NCBI RefSeq assembly: GCF_009914755.1
Contig: NC_060927.1
Source of the DNA: the human T2T-CHM13v2.0 reference genome, Homo sapiens
Direction: 5' to 3' (one strand)
DNA length: 64,000 nucleotides
The notes under the pieces are model-generated. The model was given only the letters and a program-made list of their open reading frames with translations. It ran no database searches and was not told where the DNA came from. The first letter of the stretch is position 1. Each line of letters begins with the position of its first letter. The translations under genes and the position numbers were made by a program. Positions 14,596 to 26,105 of this stretch are shown here, one piece after another.

Positions 14596-15243
14596 TGTCA
14601 ACAAAAAGAGTCAAACTCTGTAAAATATTTGAAGAGATTTATTCTAGCCAAACATGAGTGACCAATGGCCTGTGACACAACCCTCAGGAGATCCTGAGAA
14701 CATGTGCCCAAGGTGGTTGAGCTACAACTTGGTTTTCTACATTTTAGGGAGACATAAGAAGATCAATCAATACATGTAAGATGTGTATTGGTTCGGTCTG
14801 GAATGGCAGGACAACTGGAAGCGGGGGCGCTCACAGGTCATAGGCAGATTCAGAGACTTTTTGATTGGCATTTGGTTGAAAGAGTTATTATCTAAAGACC
14901 TGGGATCAACAGAAGGAATGTCTGGGTTGTGATAAGGCATTGTAGACACCAAGGTTTATCATGTAGATGAAGCCTCAGGTGGCAGGCTGCAGACAGAATA
15001 GATTGTAAATGTTTCTTATCACACTTAAAACGTCTGTTCTATCAGTCTTAAGGTTGAGTTGATGTTAATGCTGGTCAGGTGAGCCTGAATTCCAAAAGGG
15101 GAGGACGGTTTGGTGAAGCATGTCTGACTCCCTCTTCCCATCATGGCCTGAACTAGTTTTTCTGGTTAACTTTGGAATGCCTTGGCCAAGAGATGGGGTC
15201 CATCAAAATGGCTGAGGACTTAGAATTTTACTTTTGGTTTATG
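14596..15243 (-). mobile_element. MER4-family (ERV1) solo LTR nested in an old MLT1 LTR (~14200-15400)
   Basis: gagtcaaactctgtaaaatatttgaagagatttattct...cttagaattttacttttggttta. Confidence 0.85.
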
Positions 15244-15427
15244 GATGAATCCCAGAGAAGGATTCTGATAGGCTGGTCTGGTCACAAGCTTCCTTAGCCC
15301 AGTCACAGGGTCTGAAGGGAGAAGACACTAGGATTGGGCAGACCTCGATCCCATGGCCAACCTTGTGGCTTACGGGAAGACTGAGGAGTTTAGCAGCCTG
15401 ACAGACACCATATAGCAGTATGCAGTG

Positions 15428-15724
15428 TGCCAGGCGTGGTGGCTCATGCCTATAATCCCAAAACTTTGGGAGGCCAAGGTGGGCAGATCTCCTGGAGTCA
15501 GGAGTTTGAGGGCCAACAAGGCGAGACCCCGTCTCTACTAAAAATAGAAAAAATAGCTGGGTGTGGTGATGCGTGTCTGTAATTTCAGCTACTCAGGAGG
15601 CTGAAGCAGGAGCGTCACTTGAACCCCAGAGGCAGGGGTTGGCCTGAGCTGAGATCACACCACTGCACTCCAGCCTGGGCAACAGAGTGAAACTCTGTCA
15701 ACAAAAAAAAAAAGAAGAAGAAGA
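15428..15724 (+). mobile_element. Alu
   Basis: Dimer with A/GAA tail; TSD agtatgcagtg on both sides. Confidence 0.95.
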
Positions 15725-16367
15725 AGTATGCAGTGACAAGGATTTTCCCAAAGAAAGATAAAGGGAGAGTGCAGGTACAAATGTAAAGAAGAAATAAGCA
15801 CTATGTGGAATAAACCACATATGTTCACCTCAGGGTCCTAAGAAAAATCAGAAAAAAAAAAAACAAAAAAACAAAAAAAAAAACAACAACAAAAAAACCA
15901 GACCATCTCACTCCTACCATCACACATTCAACCAAACATCCTAATGGGCCTGCAGCTCAAGCTGACCTTACCAGCACTGTGTATGATATTACCTTGCAAC
16001 TAGTAACAGTCTTAGCAACCGGCCCCAAATAGTCATCTCTGAGCAGTGATCCACAACTTGGAGAAGGCATGAAAACGAAGTTTCTCTGATTTGAAAATCT
16101 GCTCACTTTGTAAGTCAGGATTTTGCAAGTTTTCTAATTATAGTGGTTTACCCTTAAAGCCAAACAAAACCAAAAAAACCAATGCCATAATTGCGTGCAA
16201 TGCTTGAAGCAATTACTTTTGGCAGCTCCAGGCACCACCTCCGTTCTCCGTCATCCATCACAGTGTGGACTGAATGTCTGCAGAGCAAGCATTCTGCTGC
16301 CATTCCAGACCAAAGGTCATGCTAATGTCTCTGTCTGTTTTTTCTCTCTTTATCTTTCTTCTTCCCT

Positions 16368-16550
16368 CTTTTAAAGTCTGGTCCCTAGACAAGCAGCATC
16401 AGCATCTCCCGGGAACTTACTTGAAATGCAAATTCTTGAACCCCTTCCCAGACCTGCTGAATCTGAAAGAGAAAGTAGAGGTGGCAGCAACCTATATTTT
16501 CACAAGCCCTCGAAGTGATCCTGACGCACCCTCACGTTTGCTGAATCCCG
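16368..16550. mobile_element. MER5A
   Basis: ggtccctagacaagcagcatcagcatc...gaaatgcaaattctt. Confidence 0.75.
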
Positions 16551-16801
16551 CCTTATGTAATGCCCTATTGTCACACTGACCTCAGAGCTATGCACACATA
16601 TGCTTCCTCTTTTTGTTTCCTGCTCAGAAACTCCCCATGGTCCAGATAATAAATTACATACTCAGTTTAGTCATTCAAAGACCTTGGCAATCTCATTTTC
16701 CTAACTTATTGCTAATTAATATATTCATTGTTATGAATCTTATTTATTTATTGAGCATTTAGAATGAGCCAAACACTATGCAAGGTCCTTAATATACCTT
16801 G

Positions 16802-17187
16802 TGTATTAGTCAGTCCAGGTTGCCATAACAAAATACCATAGCCTGGGTGGTTTAAACAACCGGCATTTATTTTCTCACAGTTCTGGAGGCTGGAAGTCTA
16901 ATATTAAGGTGCTGGCTGATTCTGGTTCCGGTGAAGGCCCTCTTCCTGGCTTGTAGACAGCTGCCTTCTTGTGGTGTCCTTGTATGGTAAAGAGAGAGAA
17001 CTCTCTCTCTCTCTCTCTCTCTCTGTTTTTTCATCTTCTTATAAAGCCACCAATGCTATCATGGAGGCTCCTTTCCCTTGACCTCATCTAGCCTCAATTA
17101 CCTCCCGAGAGTCTTATCTCCAAATTCGACACATTGGTGGTTAGTGCGTCAACATATAAATTTGGGGGATATGCAGTTCAGATCATA
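16802..17187 (-). mobile_element. MLT1A0-like LTR with (CT)n
   Basis: tgtattagtcagtccaggttgccataacaaaatacc...cagttcagatcatag. Confidence 0.85.
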
Positions 17188-18110
17188 GTACGTTGATTTA
17201 TGTAAACCTTCCAACAAGCTGTGAGATAAGAATCACTGAGCCCATTGGCTGTTGAGGAAACTGAAGCTTAGAGAAGCTCGGGAAGCTGCCTAAGACCAAA
17301 GTTAGTAGGGGGTGGTGCCAGAGTCTAATCCTGTGGAGGCATTCTTCCTCCCACACAGCATCACTCCCACGACCTGTTCTCTCCGTTATCCATGGCTGCC
17401 CAGGTGTCCAGACGTGCCCCTGCCTTCCCTCCTGGACACCTTGCTCAAACCACCCCTAAACCTGGATCTCCTCTCTGCGCTCCTTTGTCTAAATGTATTG
17501 AGTCCTGGAAAACAAATCCATCTTCACTGGCTTCCCTGATGAGAATCATTTTCTTTTTCTTTTCTTTCTTTCCTTCTTTTCTCCTTTTTGCAGCAAGTTT
17601 TTCATTCCTTTTTTTTCTAACATTATTCTCAGGGCTCCTCTGTCCCTCCAAATTCTCTTTGCTCACCCCAGGCAGTACACGCCTCTCTAAGTTCCTTGCT
17701 AACTTCACTTCCAGTAGCTCAAGGGAGATCCCTATGGAGCATTATTGATAACAGTGATTATTAGTGTTTCTAAATATTTTGGAAATGTCCACCACATTCT
17801 AGTAACTACAGGTTTCTGCAGACACCCAAAGTCTTTTTTGGAAGGAGCTGATGACCCAGAGTCAGCAGATTGAAACTCAAAGCAAAAGGTTTATTTGGCC
17901 AACGGTTTTCAAATCCTTTCTGTCTCTCTCTTTCTCTCCCTTTTTTTTTTCCTTGTCCTTTTTCTTGTTTTTCTGTTTGTTTGTTTTAGGGATAGCAGAA
18001 TCAAATGAAGCAATGATAGAAAAAGGTAAGTTGGATGGAATAATGAGTGGTGCTCTCACTCCCAGTGGTCAGTTCTGATATCAGTATGACAACAGAGTAG
18101 TATATAAAGC

Positions 18111-18294
18111 AGAGGTTGGCAAACTGTAGCATGCATCACAATGACCTGGAGTGCTTGTGAAAGCACGATTGCTGCTGCACCCATTCCCTTTCAGATTGAC
18201 AAGAACTGGATGGGGCCCAAGAATATGCATTTCTAGTAAGTTTCCAGGTGATGTCAATACTGCTGGTCCAGGGGCCACACTTTGAGAACCACTG
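18111..18294. mobile_element. MER5A
   Basis: tgcatttctagtaagtttccaggtgatg...actttgagaaccactg. Confidence 0.8.
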
Positions 18295-18598
18295 ACCTAA
18301 AAGGCTTCCTTACCCTTGTTGGAGATTTAGAAATAGATGAGCATATATATGTATCACTGAGATGCTTTGGCTAGGGTATGAGTAAACCCACCTGAATGTA
18401 GTTTAGGCAGTAAGGCATCAAAGGAAGTCTGGAGGTAGTATCCATGGATAGCTCAGCCAATGACTGACTTCAATAAGGATTAGCCTCTCCCCGTCTTTCT
18501 GTCCTGCCATCCTCATCATGTTGGCTTTGTTCTTGGGCTTGTCTCTTCATTATTCCAGAAAGGCTGAAGGCTGCCACTGTTCCACGTATCACATGTGA

Positions 18599-18940
<342 letters not shown>

Positions 18941-19114
18941 CATGTATCTTTTTATTCAGGAGGAACAACTCTCCCAGAGGTGCCCAGAGGGTATTCCATT
19001 AAATCCCACTCGCTATAATAGTCATGTACCCACAGTTGCTGGCAATGGAATTACCATGATCTGGTGAGTCCAAGTGATATCCCCTTCCTGGGGCTGGGGA
19101 GGAGCCCTTTGCCC

Positions 19115-19695
19115 CTGTCTCCCTGGCCCACCAGCGGATTGTAGGGGAGGAGAGAGAACTGGCAGTGCAGGCTTACAGAGCATTGAAGCAGCAGCAGCTG
19201 CAGCTGCATGGGGAGCGACCCCACCTCACTTCCTGGAAGAAGCCAGAGCCACAGCTGTGATGCAGAGACCTGGGGCCTGGCCACACTCCTGGAAAACTGG
19301 CACCAGGAGCTGCCACACCTGGGTGGGGGAGAGGCAGGCAGATCCTTTTCTCTGGCCATGCTAGCAGCGTGGGGGTGAGGCCTCCAGGTACTCGTTCACA
19401 CGTTGGGCATCAGCGGGTCCACGTCTTGCAAGGGTTGAGTGCCCGATGGACTAGGGCCAGGGCCTGGTTGACGGTCAGCCTGTGGGGCCTGGGGTCACTC
19501 ACAGTTGTGTCTCTTTGTTCTGAACATCCATTCTGAGTCGCAGCCCAGGTACACCTTAGGAAGGGCTGGGTCCCATTACCCTGTCCCTGAACACCACTTA
19601 TTAAGACAGCTGATGACCCTGGCTCGCCTTGTGATGGAGGCCCCTGGGAGTCAGCAGAGCCGAGCACATAGCACACATCAGGCAGAGCAGGCCAG
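19115..19695 (+). pseudogene. CCDC137: Partial CCDC137 copy (C-terminal 46 codons plus proximal 3' UTR)
   Basis: 19120-19260 translates to SLAHQRIVGEERELAVQAYRALKQQQLQLHGERPHLTSWKKPEPQL*; aligns to 21566-22129 at an offset of ~2446. Confidence 0.92.
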
Positions 19696-22308
19696 AGATG
19701 GTCAACTCTTGAACTTAGCCAGCTAAAAGAAGGTGGGAAAGGTCCTTGGGGGAGGCAATTGACTGTGTCAGCCACAATCACCTACTCCTCCTTCTCTGCA
19801 GATCCCACTAGAGGAGAAAATAGACACAAGGGGGTGAGGGGAAGAAAGTATGGATCAGGGCTTCCTGGCATACTGCATCGAAGGATGCCTGCGGTGGACA
19901 TCTGCAACTTTTCCTACCCAGTGTCTGCCCCCTCCTTTCTCCTAACAGCACCCAATTTTCCTCTGGGGAACCACTCCACCCCGATTTGGGTGGTCTTGGT
20001 GGGTCAAGCAAGGTGCACTGACTTCACCTGTCCTTTCCCATCACCCAAGCTTGGCCAATCTGAGTTTCTATCCTGGGGATTTCAACCTTGAGCAAAACAA
20101 CACAAGAGCAGAAAACATTTGGAGAGGGCAGGTGTCCTCCCCTCTCTGGAAACAGGAAATAAGCATCCCCCACTTACAATCCTCCTCCTCCTCCTCTCCT
20201 CTTTTAGATATAGCATGTGCAGGTGCTCTGTGGGAAACTTTACATGCATGGTCTCAACTAATCCTAGCAACAATCTTACGGGTGACTACCACTACCTCCA
20301 TTTTACAGATGAAAAACCAAAGCTTCAAGAACTTTAAGGATCACAGAGCTAGTAACTGGTAGATCTTAGATTTGAATTTATACCTACCAGATTACGAAGC
20401 CCTGTTTTTCTTGTTCTCCTAGAATATGAGGAGAAAATGAGCCCTCCCCAGGCAGCACTGTGAAATGGCTGAAGGTCTTTTATCTTCTCTGTCCATATAC
20501 GTGGGAGTCTTAGCGCCTACACTGCTGTCTAATCTAGGCTTGTTAGAGCTGGGCAGTGTTTCACAATCCTCCCAGATAGCTGGCAGTAAGATGTAAATGA
20601 CACTCATAGGAGCCCTCACGGACAGCTACTTGGAGACAGTCTGTGTGTAATATGGATAGAAAAAGCACTGCTGATAGTATCTGAACCTCTGGATCTGGCA
20701 ATACCTGAAGTCCAGACTCCTGAACTTCATTTTTGCGTAAGTCAGTTTGAATTGGGTTTTATTGCTTACAACTGAAAAAGTTTTAGCCAGTGTTTCTTAA
20801 TCACTTTAAAAAATGGAGGAATGTGGAAGTGGCTTCGCTAGGGAAGCTTCCAGCGTGGGGATGGCACAAGCTGGAGGTGGGGCAGCGGTGCCCAGGGCGC
20901 CGGCGGGTCCTGGGAGTCCCCGGCGGGAGCAGCAGCCGGCAGCAAGTGCAGCTGCTGGGGAAGCAGTGCCCAGCCCCGTGGTCCAGGATTCACAGCAAAG
21001 AGGAGAAAGTGAATTGCAAGCCCAAAACCCAGGACAAACAGGAGATCCCCTTCCAGCTCCGGGAGATTATGAGGAGCCGCTGGGAGATGAAAAATCCGAC
21101 CGGTAACAAGAAGAGGAAGAAAGCGGCCCAGGTGGGCTTCAGAAAGACACTGGAAAAGGAAGCAAAGGGAGTGGAGCCCGACATTGCCGTCCCCAAGTTC
21201 AAGCAGAGGAAGGGGGAGTCCGACTAGGCCTTATCCAGCACATGCTATTCCTCAGCAAGAACCAGGCCACCCAGCAGCCAGAGGTCCAGGCAGCTCCCAA
21301 GGAGAAGTCTGAGCTGAAAAAAGCAAAAAAAGTGTTCCAGAAGCGACGACTAGATAAAGTCTGGCAGAAAAAGGAGGAAAAGATGGCAGACAGGCTGGAG
21401 CAGGAGTTGCTCCGAGACGCAGTGAAGTTTGGTGAGGTTGTCCTGCAGCACCCAGAGCTGACTACCAGGCCCCGGAGGAGCGTAAGCAAGGACCAGCCTG
21501 GCAGGAGATCGCAGATGCTGAGGATGCTTCTGAGCCCCCGAGGTGTATTCCAGCCTCTGACTGCCTCCCTGGCCTACCAGCGGATTGTGGGGGAGGAGAG
21601 AGAGTGGGCCATGCAGGCCTACAGATGTTGAAGCAGCAGTGGCGGCTGCATGGGGAGTGAGCCCCTCCCCACTTCCAAGAAGGAGCCAGAGCCACAGCTG
21701 TGATGGAGAGACTCGGGGCCTGGCCACGCTCCTGGGAAACTGGCACCAGGAGCTGCCACACCTGGGTGGGGGAGAGGCAGGCAGATCCTTTTCTCTGGCC
21801 ATGCTAGCATTGTGGGGTGAGGCTTCCAGGTACTCGTTCACACGTTGGGCATCAGCGGGTCCACGTCTTGCAAGGGTTGAGTGCCCGATGGACTAGGGCC
21901 AAGGCCTGGTTGACGGTCGGCCTGTGGGGTCACTCACAGTTGCATCTCTTTGTTCTGAACATCCATTCTGAGTCGCAGCCCAGGTACACCTTAGGAAGGG
22001 CTGGATCCCATTACCCTGTCCCTGAACACCACCTACCAAGACCGCTCATGAGGCTGGCTCGGTGTGTGACGGAGGCCCCCTGGGAGTCAGCAGAGCTGAG
22101 TGCAGTGCACATCAGGCAGAGCAGGCTAGGGGCAGGGAAGACGCACCTGGGGCAGGGCCAGTGGGCACATCTGGACCACCTGCGAGGGCTCTGCAGGGGA
22201 CCGTAACTACAGGCCAGTTGCGAGTGGTCCCCTGCAGAGGCTACCCACTCAAGGTTTGGTTGGGGTTGAATGTGATGACAGCACATACACCAAGAATGTG
22301 GGAACGGG

Positions 22309-22458
22309 GGCCGGGCGCGGTGGCTCACGCCTGTAATCCCAGCACTTTGGAAGGCTGAGGCGAGTGCATCACCTGAGGTCAGGAATTCCAGACCAGCCTG
22401 GCCAATATGGTGAAACCCTGCCTCTACTAAAGATACAAGGAACAAACAAACAAAAAAC
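22309..22458 (+). mobile_element. Alu left arm (AluS-like) inside the retrocopy 3' region
   Basis: ggccgggcgcggtggctcacgcc...ctctactaaagataca, then A-rich sequence; no right arm. Confidence 0.9.
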
Positions 22459-22711
22459 AGTGTTGTCACCTACATGACAGGGCTCTGAGAGAGCTGGGCA
22501 GGCCCAAAGTGGCTTGAGAAAGTAAAGGAAGGATCCTGGCCTGGGCTCAGGGTCACAGAGTGGGGCCCAGGGGGAGTTCCTGCTGAGGGCAGGGCCTTGC
22601 CAGGCTTCAGTCTTCATCCCGTGCCAAAGGAGGGAGAGCGCAGGCTGTCAGCATGTCCAGATGAGGGCAGAAGGGAGAGGCTTGAACCCAAGTCAGATCT
22701 AGCAATGGAGT

Positions 22712-22946
22712 CCGCCTGCCCAGCACCATTTGGGAAGTGAGGAGGCTTCTGCCCGGCCGCCCCACAGTCTGGGAAGTGAGGAGCGCCTCTGCCCAGCTTC
22801 CGCACCGCCTGGCAAGTGAGGAGCGCTTCTGCCCGGCCGCTGTGCAACCCTCCAGGTGTGAAGTGGCAGCCTTATGTGTGATCTTTCTGCCCTCCCCAAG
22901 TTTGTGTTTTCGACATTAAAGTTTACTTTTAAATTAAAAAAAAAAA
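22712..22946 (+). mobile_element. SVA2-type element: ~3 SVA VNTR units, unique 3' end and polyA
   Basis: Three tgg(g/c)aagtgaggag(cg)c(c/t)tctgccc units, then tgtgcaaccctccaggtgtgaagtggcagcc...cgacattaaagtttactttt instead of SINE-R. Confidence 0.8.
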
Positions 22947-23169
22947 TCACCCCCAAGAATTTTTAGACAATTTTTTTCTTTATTGTCTGTTCCCCTCACC
23001 ATGAAATTTTAGCACCGCAGATATACTCTGTATCTGTTTATGTACAGTATGTATATCTTTGCTTATACATGAAAAGAGTAATTTTCTTTTCATTCCTTCC
23101 AAGAATGAATGTTTTGCCTGGTTGGGATGGTATTGGCCCTGCTGAGATTGCATGGCCTTGACTAATGAA

Positions 23170-23630
23170 GATGACCCTCAATGATCTTCACCTCCTGGCA
23201 TTCATGCCTTCCCACATTTAATCAGGGCTAGCCTGTGTAGATGGTATACCATGGTGGAAATGATGATTTGTGACTTTCAAAGCTAAGTCATGAAGGCTTT
23301 CTAGCTCCTGTCTTGCTCTCTGCTTGTATGGTTCAGCCTGGGGGAAGCCAACTAGCATGTATGTCATCAGGACACTTAAGCAGCCTCTGCAGGGAAACTG
23401 AGGCCTCCTGCCAATAGCCAGCACTAAGCTGCCAGCCGTGTGAGTGGGCCATCTTGGAAGTGGATCCTCCAGCCCCAGTCAAGCCTTCAGATAGATGACT
23501 GTAACCTCATGGGAAGTCCAGAGTCTGGACCTCCCAGCCAGGCTGCTGCACAGGAACTGTGAAATGTAATAAATGACTCTTGTTTTAAGCCACTAAGCTT
23601 TGCCATGATTTGTTATACAACATTAAGTAA
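23170..23630 (+). mobile_element. MLT1F/G-like LTR
   Basis: gaaactgaggcctcctgccaatagcca...gccatcttggaagtggatcctccagccccagtcaagccttcaga. Confidence 0.75.
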
Positions 23631-23677
23631 CTATTAGGTTGGTGTAAGCGCTCTTCTGCATCATATATATATGGAAT

Positions 23678-23857
23678 GGCTGGGCACTGCCACTCATGCC
23701 TGTAATCCCAGCACTTTGGGAGGCCAGGGAAGGAGGATTGCTTGAGCCCAGGAGTTCAAGACCAGCCTGGGCAGCATAGGGAGACCAAAAAAGAAAAAAA
23801 AAAAACAAATTAAAAGAAAGAAGAAAGAAAGAAAGGAAGGAAGAAAAAAGAGAAAAG
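23678..23857 (+). mobile_element. Alu monomer (FLAM) with A/GAAA-rich tail
   Basis: Single arm ending gcatagggagacc. Confidence 0.85.
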
Positions 23858-24087
23858 AGTACATATGGAATGTACAAGTGGGGGCTGGGTATTGTATAGG
23901 TATGGCATAACAACAAAAGGTTTAGGAAATCTGAGAGATTCTATCAACATAGTGCAAGGCATGTTACAATAAACAGTAAATAGCTTGTTTAAAAAAAAAG
24001 CTAGTGAGAGAAATACTCCACCCCCACGTGAATTCAACAAACCTTTGCCATTACGTACTCTGTGGAAGGCACTGTGTGAGATACTTA

Positions 24088-24543
24088 ATATATTAGTGTC
24101 CTAGGGCTGCTGTGACAAAGGACCACAAACTGGGTGGCTTAGAACAACAGACATTTATTCTCTCGCAGTTCCTTCCTGGAGGCTGGAAGTCTGGAACCAG
24201 GGAGTCAGCAGGGCTGTGCTCTTTCTGAAGGCTCTAGGGGAGATCTGCTCCATGCCTTTTTCTGAGCTTCTGGTTTTGCCAGCAGATCTGGAGTTCCTTG
24301 GCTCATGCGAGCATCGTCACTGCAATCTCTGCTTCTGTGTTCTCCCTGTGTGTCTTCACATCATCTTCCTTCTGTGCCAGTCTGTGTCTGTCTCTCTTCT
24401 CTTGGATTAGGGCTCACCCTAATGACCTCATTTTAACTTGATTACATCTGCAATGACCCTATTTCTGAATAAAGTCATACTCACAGGTACTGAAGGTTAA
24501 GACTTCAGTACCCTTTGGTGGGTACACATTTGAACCCTTAACT
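24088..24543 (-). mobile_element. MLT1B/C-like LTR
   Basis: tattagtgtcctagggctgctgtgacaaag...taatgacctcattttaacttgattacatctgca. Confidence 0.85.
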
Positions 24544-25554
24544 AGAGATAGGTGAGAGAATCAGATTCATTCTTGACCTTTTATAATACAAACCATGCTG
24601 ACTAGAGACCCATGCATAACTAGCAATAACCCACATTGCAAGGGCAAGCACAATTTGGGAATGCCTCATGGGCAGAAGCGCAGTGTCACTAGCCTTCAGA
24701 GGATGTGTAGAATTTTGACAGTTGGAAGCAGGGCGGATGACATTCCAAACAGAAGCAGAGTGAGCAAAGGCAAGAAGGCCAGAAGGCAGAGGAACTCTTA
24801 AGGGCCGAGGAGCTGCTCTGCAGCTGAGCAGGAGTGAAGATTTGACAGCGAGGTTATTGCCAGGTGCAGGAGGTATTGATTGCTAGTCTAAGGAAGTTGC
24901 ACTAGATTCTTGGAACAGACACTATCAGTATCTGAGGTCAGGTGAAGGTGGGGAGTACGAGTCTGGGTGAGGCTGCTCCCATTCCTCAAGGGCAAGCCTC
25001 AGGAGAAGGCTGCAGATGTGAGCCTTTACCTGCAGCAATGCAGGCAGTGGCTTGGAAATGGGGGTAGAAAAAAGACCCCGTGGGATCTGGGTGGGGCACG
25101 CCAGCCTCAGCTACACTAGGGAAAATCCAGGTGCCTAGGTCTTGGAGCAGGTGGAATGAAGGACATAGAGATTTGGAGCCAGGTCTGGGCTGAAGTTGTG
25201 TGTCAGGGATTCATCCCAATACAGAAGATGTTAACAGCTGGTAGTGGAGGAGATCACTGAGACAAAGCATGAGGAGTTCAAAGACAAGGGCAGAATGAAG
25301 ATGGGAGTTGGAAGAAACTGAATTAAGGAGATCAGTGTGCCTGAACTCGTTTAATGAGGCATCTGCAGTCACTAGAAAATTACCACCAAGGGTGAAAGCT
25401 AGTGCCTTGGGGAGTTTCAATAAAACTTGTCCCCAAATCTTCAACATGCTTTAGGGGCAGGAAAAAAAATATCACACTGCTCCCACATGGCTGAGGTTCA
25501 TTTTAATAGGGGGCATTTGAGAGATACAAAGTCCTTACTCAAAAAAGTGACCAG

Positions 25555-26105
25555 GGTTAGTTGAGAGCTTGGGCTCTGGGGTTGGATGCTTAGATTTGGA
25601 TTTCAACTTTACCAATGTTTTAAGTGGGAGACTCTTACCAAGTTACTTATTGATTTGAGCCTCAATTTGTTCCTCTGTAAAAGATGAAGAATAACAGTAC
25701 CTATCTAAAAGAGTTGATAAGGAGATGCACTGGGATACTACATGTAAAGTGCTTAGGACAATACTGTGCTTTTAATAAATGCTGAATAAGTAATTGTCAC
25801 ATTTAGTCATGTACTATGGCCAATGGGGGTGGTATCTGTGGTTGGGCTGGAACTTAGGGCATCTCTCAAGTCACCTCCACAGTGCTAAAGAGCAGGAGCT
25901 CTGGAGCCAAACTATCTGATTTCCAATCTCAGCAATGCCACCTGCTAACTCTGAGACCCTGTGCCCTGGTTTTCTTATCTGTAAAATGGGGATGTAAATG
26001 GCACCTACTAATCCTGTGGGGTTGTTATGCACATTAAAAGAACCCGTGCATGTGATATGCTCAGAATGGTGCCTGACATGTAGTGAGTGCTCAAGAAGTG
26101 CTTAT
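25555..26105 (+). mobile_element. Two MIR copies (~25555-25790 and ~25880-26105)
   Basis: MIR cores and the 3' end cctgacatgtagtgagtgctcaa. Confidence 0.75.

Larger units (their letters stand above)
20815..22947 (+). pseudogene. CCDC137P: Processed CCDC137 pseudogene (5' UTR, disrupted CDS 20861-21703, 3' UTR, polyA)
   Basis: Intronless; three frames give MAQAGGGAAVPRAPAGPGSPRR / RQQVQ..KVNCKPK..QEIPF.LREIMRSR..PDIAVPKFKQRKGESD* / LFLSKNQ..VKFGEVVLQ.PELT, matching CCDC137 as recalled; frameshift ~20930, TAG 21225-21227 with adjacent deletion, frameshift ~21627; ATTAAA 22915, A-tract, short TSD aaaaaat. Confidence 0.95.
20788..23155. mobile_element. hAT-Charlie element (Charlie4/MER80-like) split by the retrocopy
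   Basis: cagtgtttcttaa at 20788 continues after 22947 as cacccccaagaatttttagaca...catgaaattttagcaccgcagatatac...gagattgcatg. Confidence 0.65.

Noticed and set aside
16368-18294. Inverted MER5A pair as ends of a composite transposon
   Set aside because: MER5A is abundant, the copies are highly diverged and no shared outer TSD was found.
20790-21631. Functional CCDC137 gene
   Set aside because: Intronless, with frameshifts, an in-frame TAG, a deletion, polyA and TSD: processed pseudogene.
21350-22469. 163 aa and 152 aa minus-strand ORFs and their twins at 19051-19781
   Set aside because: Antisense frames of GC-rich pseudogene/Alu sequence; the similarity between them only reflects the duplication.
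22712-22946. Canonical SVA_A-F insertion
   Set aside because: No CCCTCT hexamer, Alu-like domain or SINE-R, and no TSD of its own.
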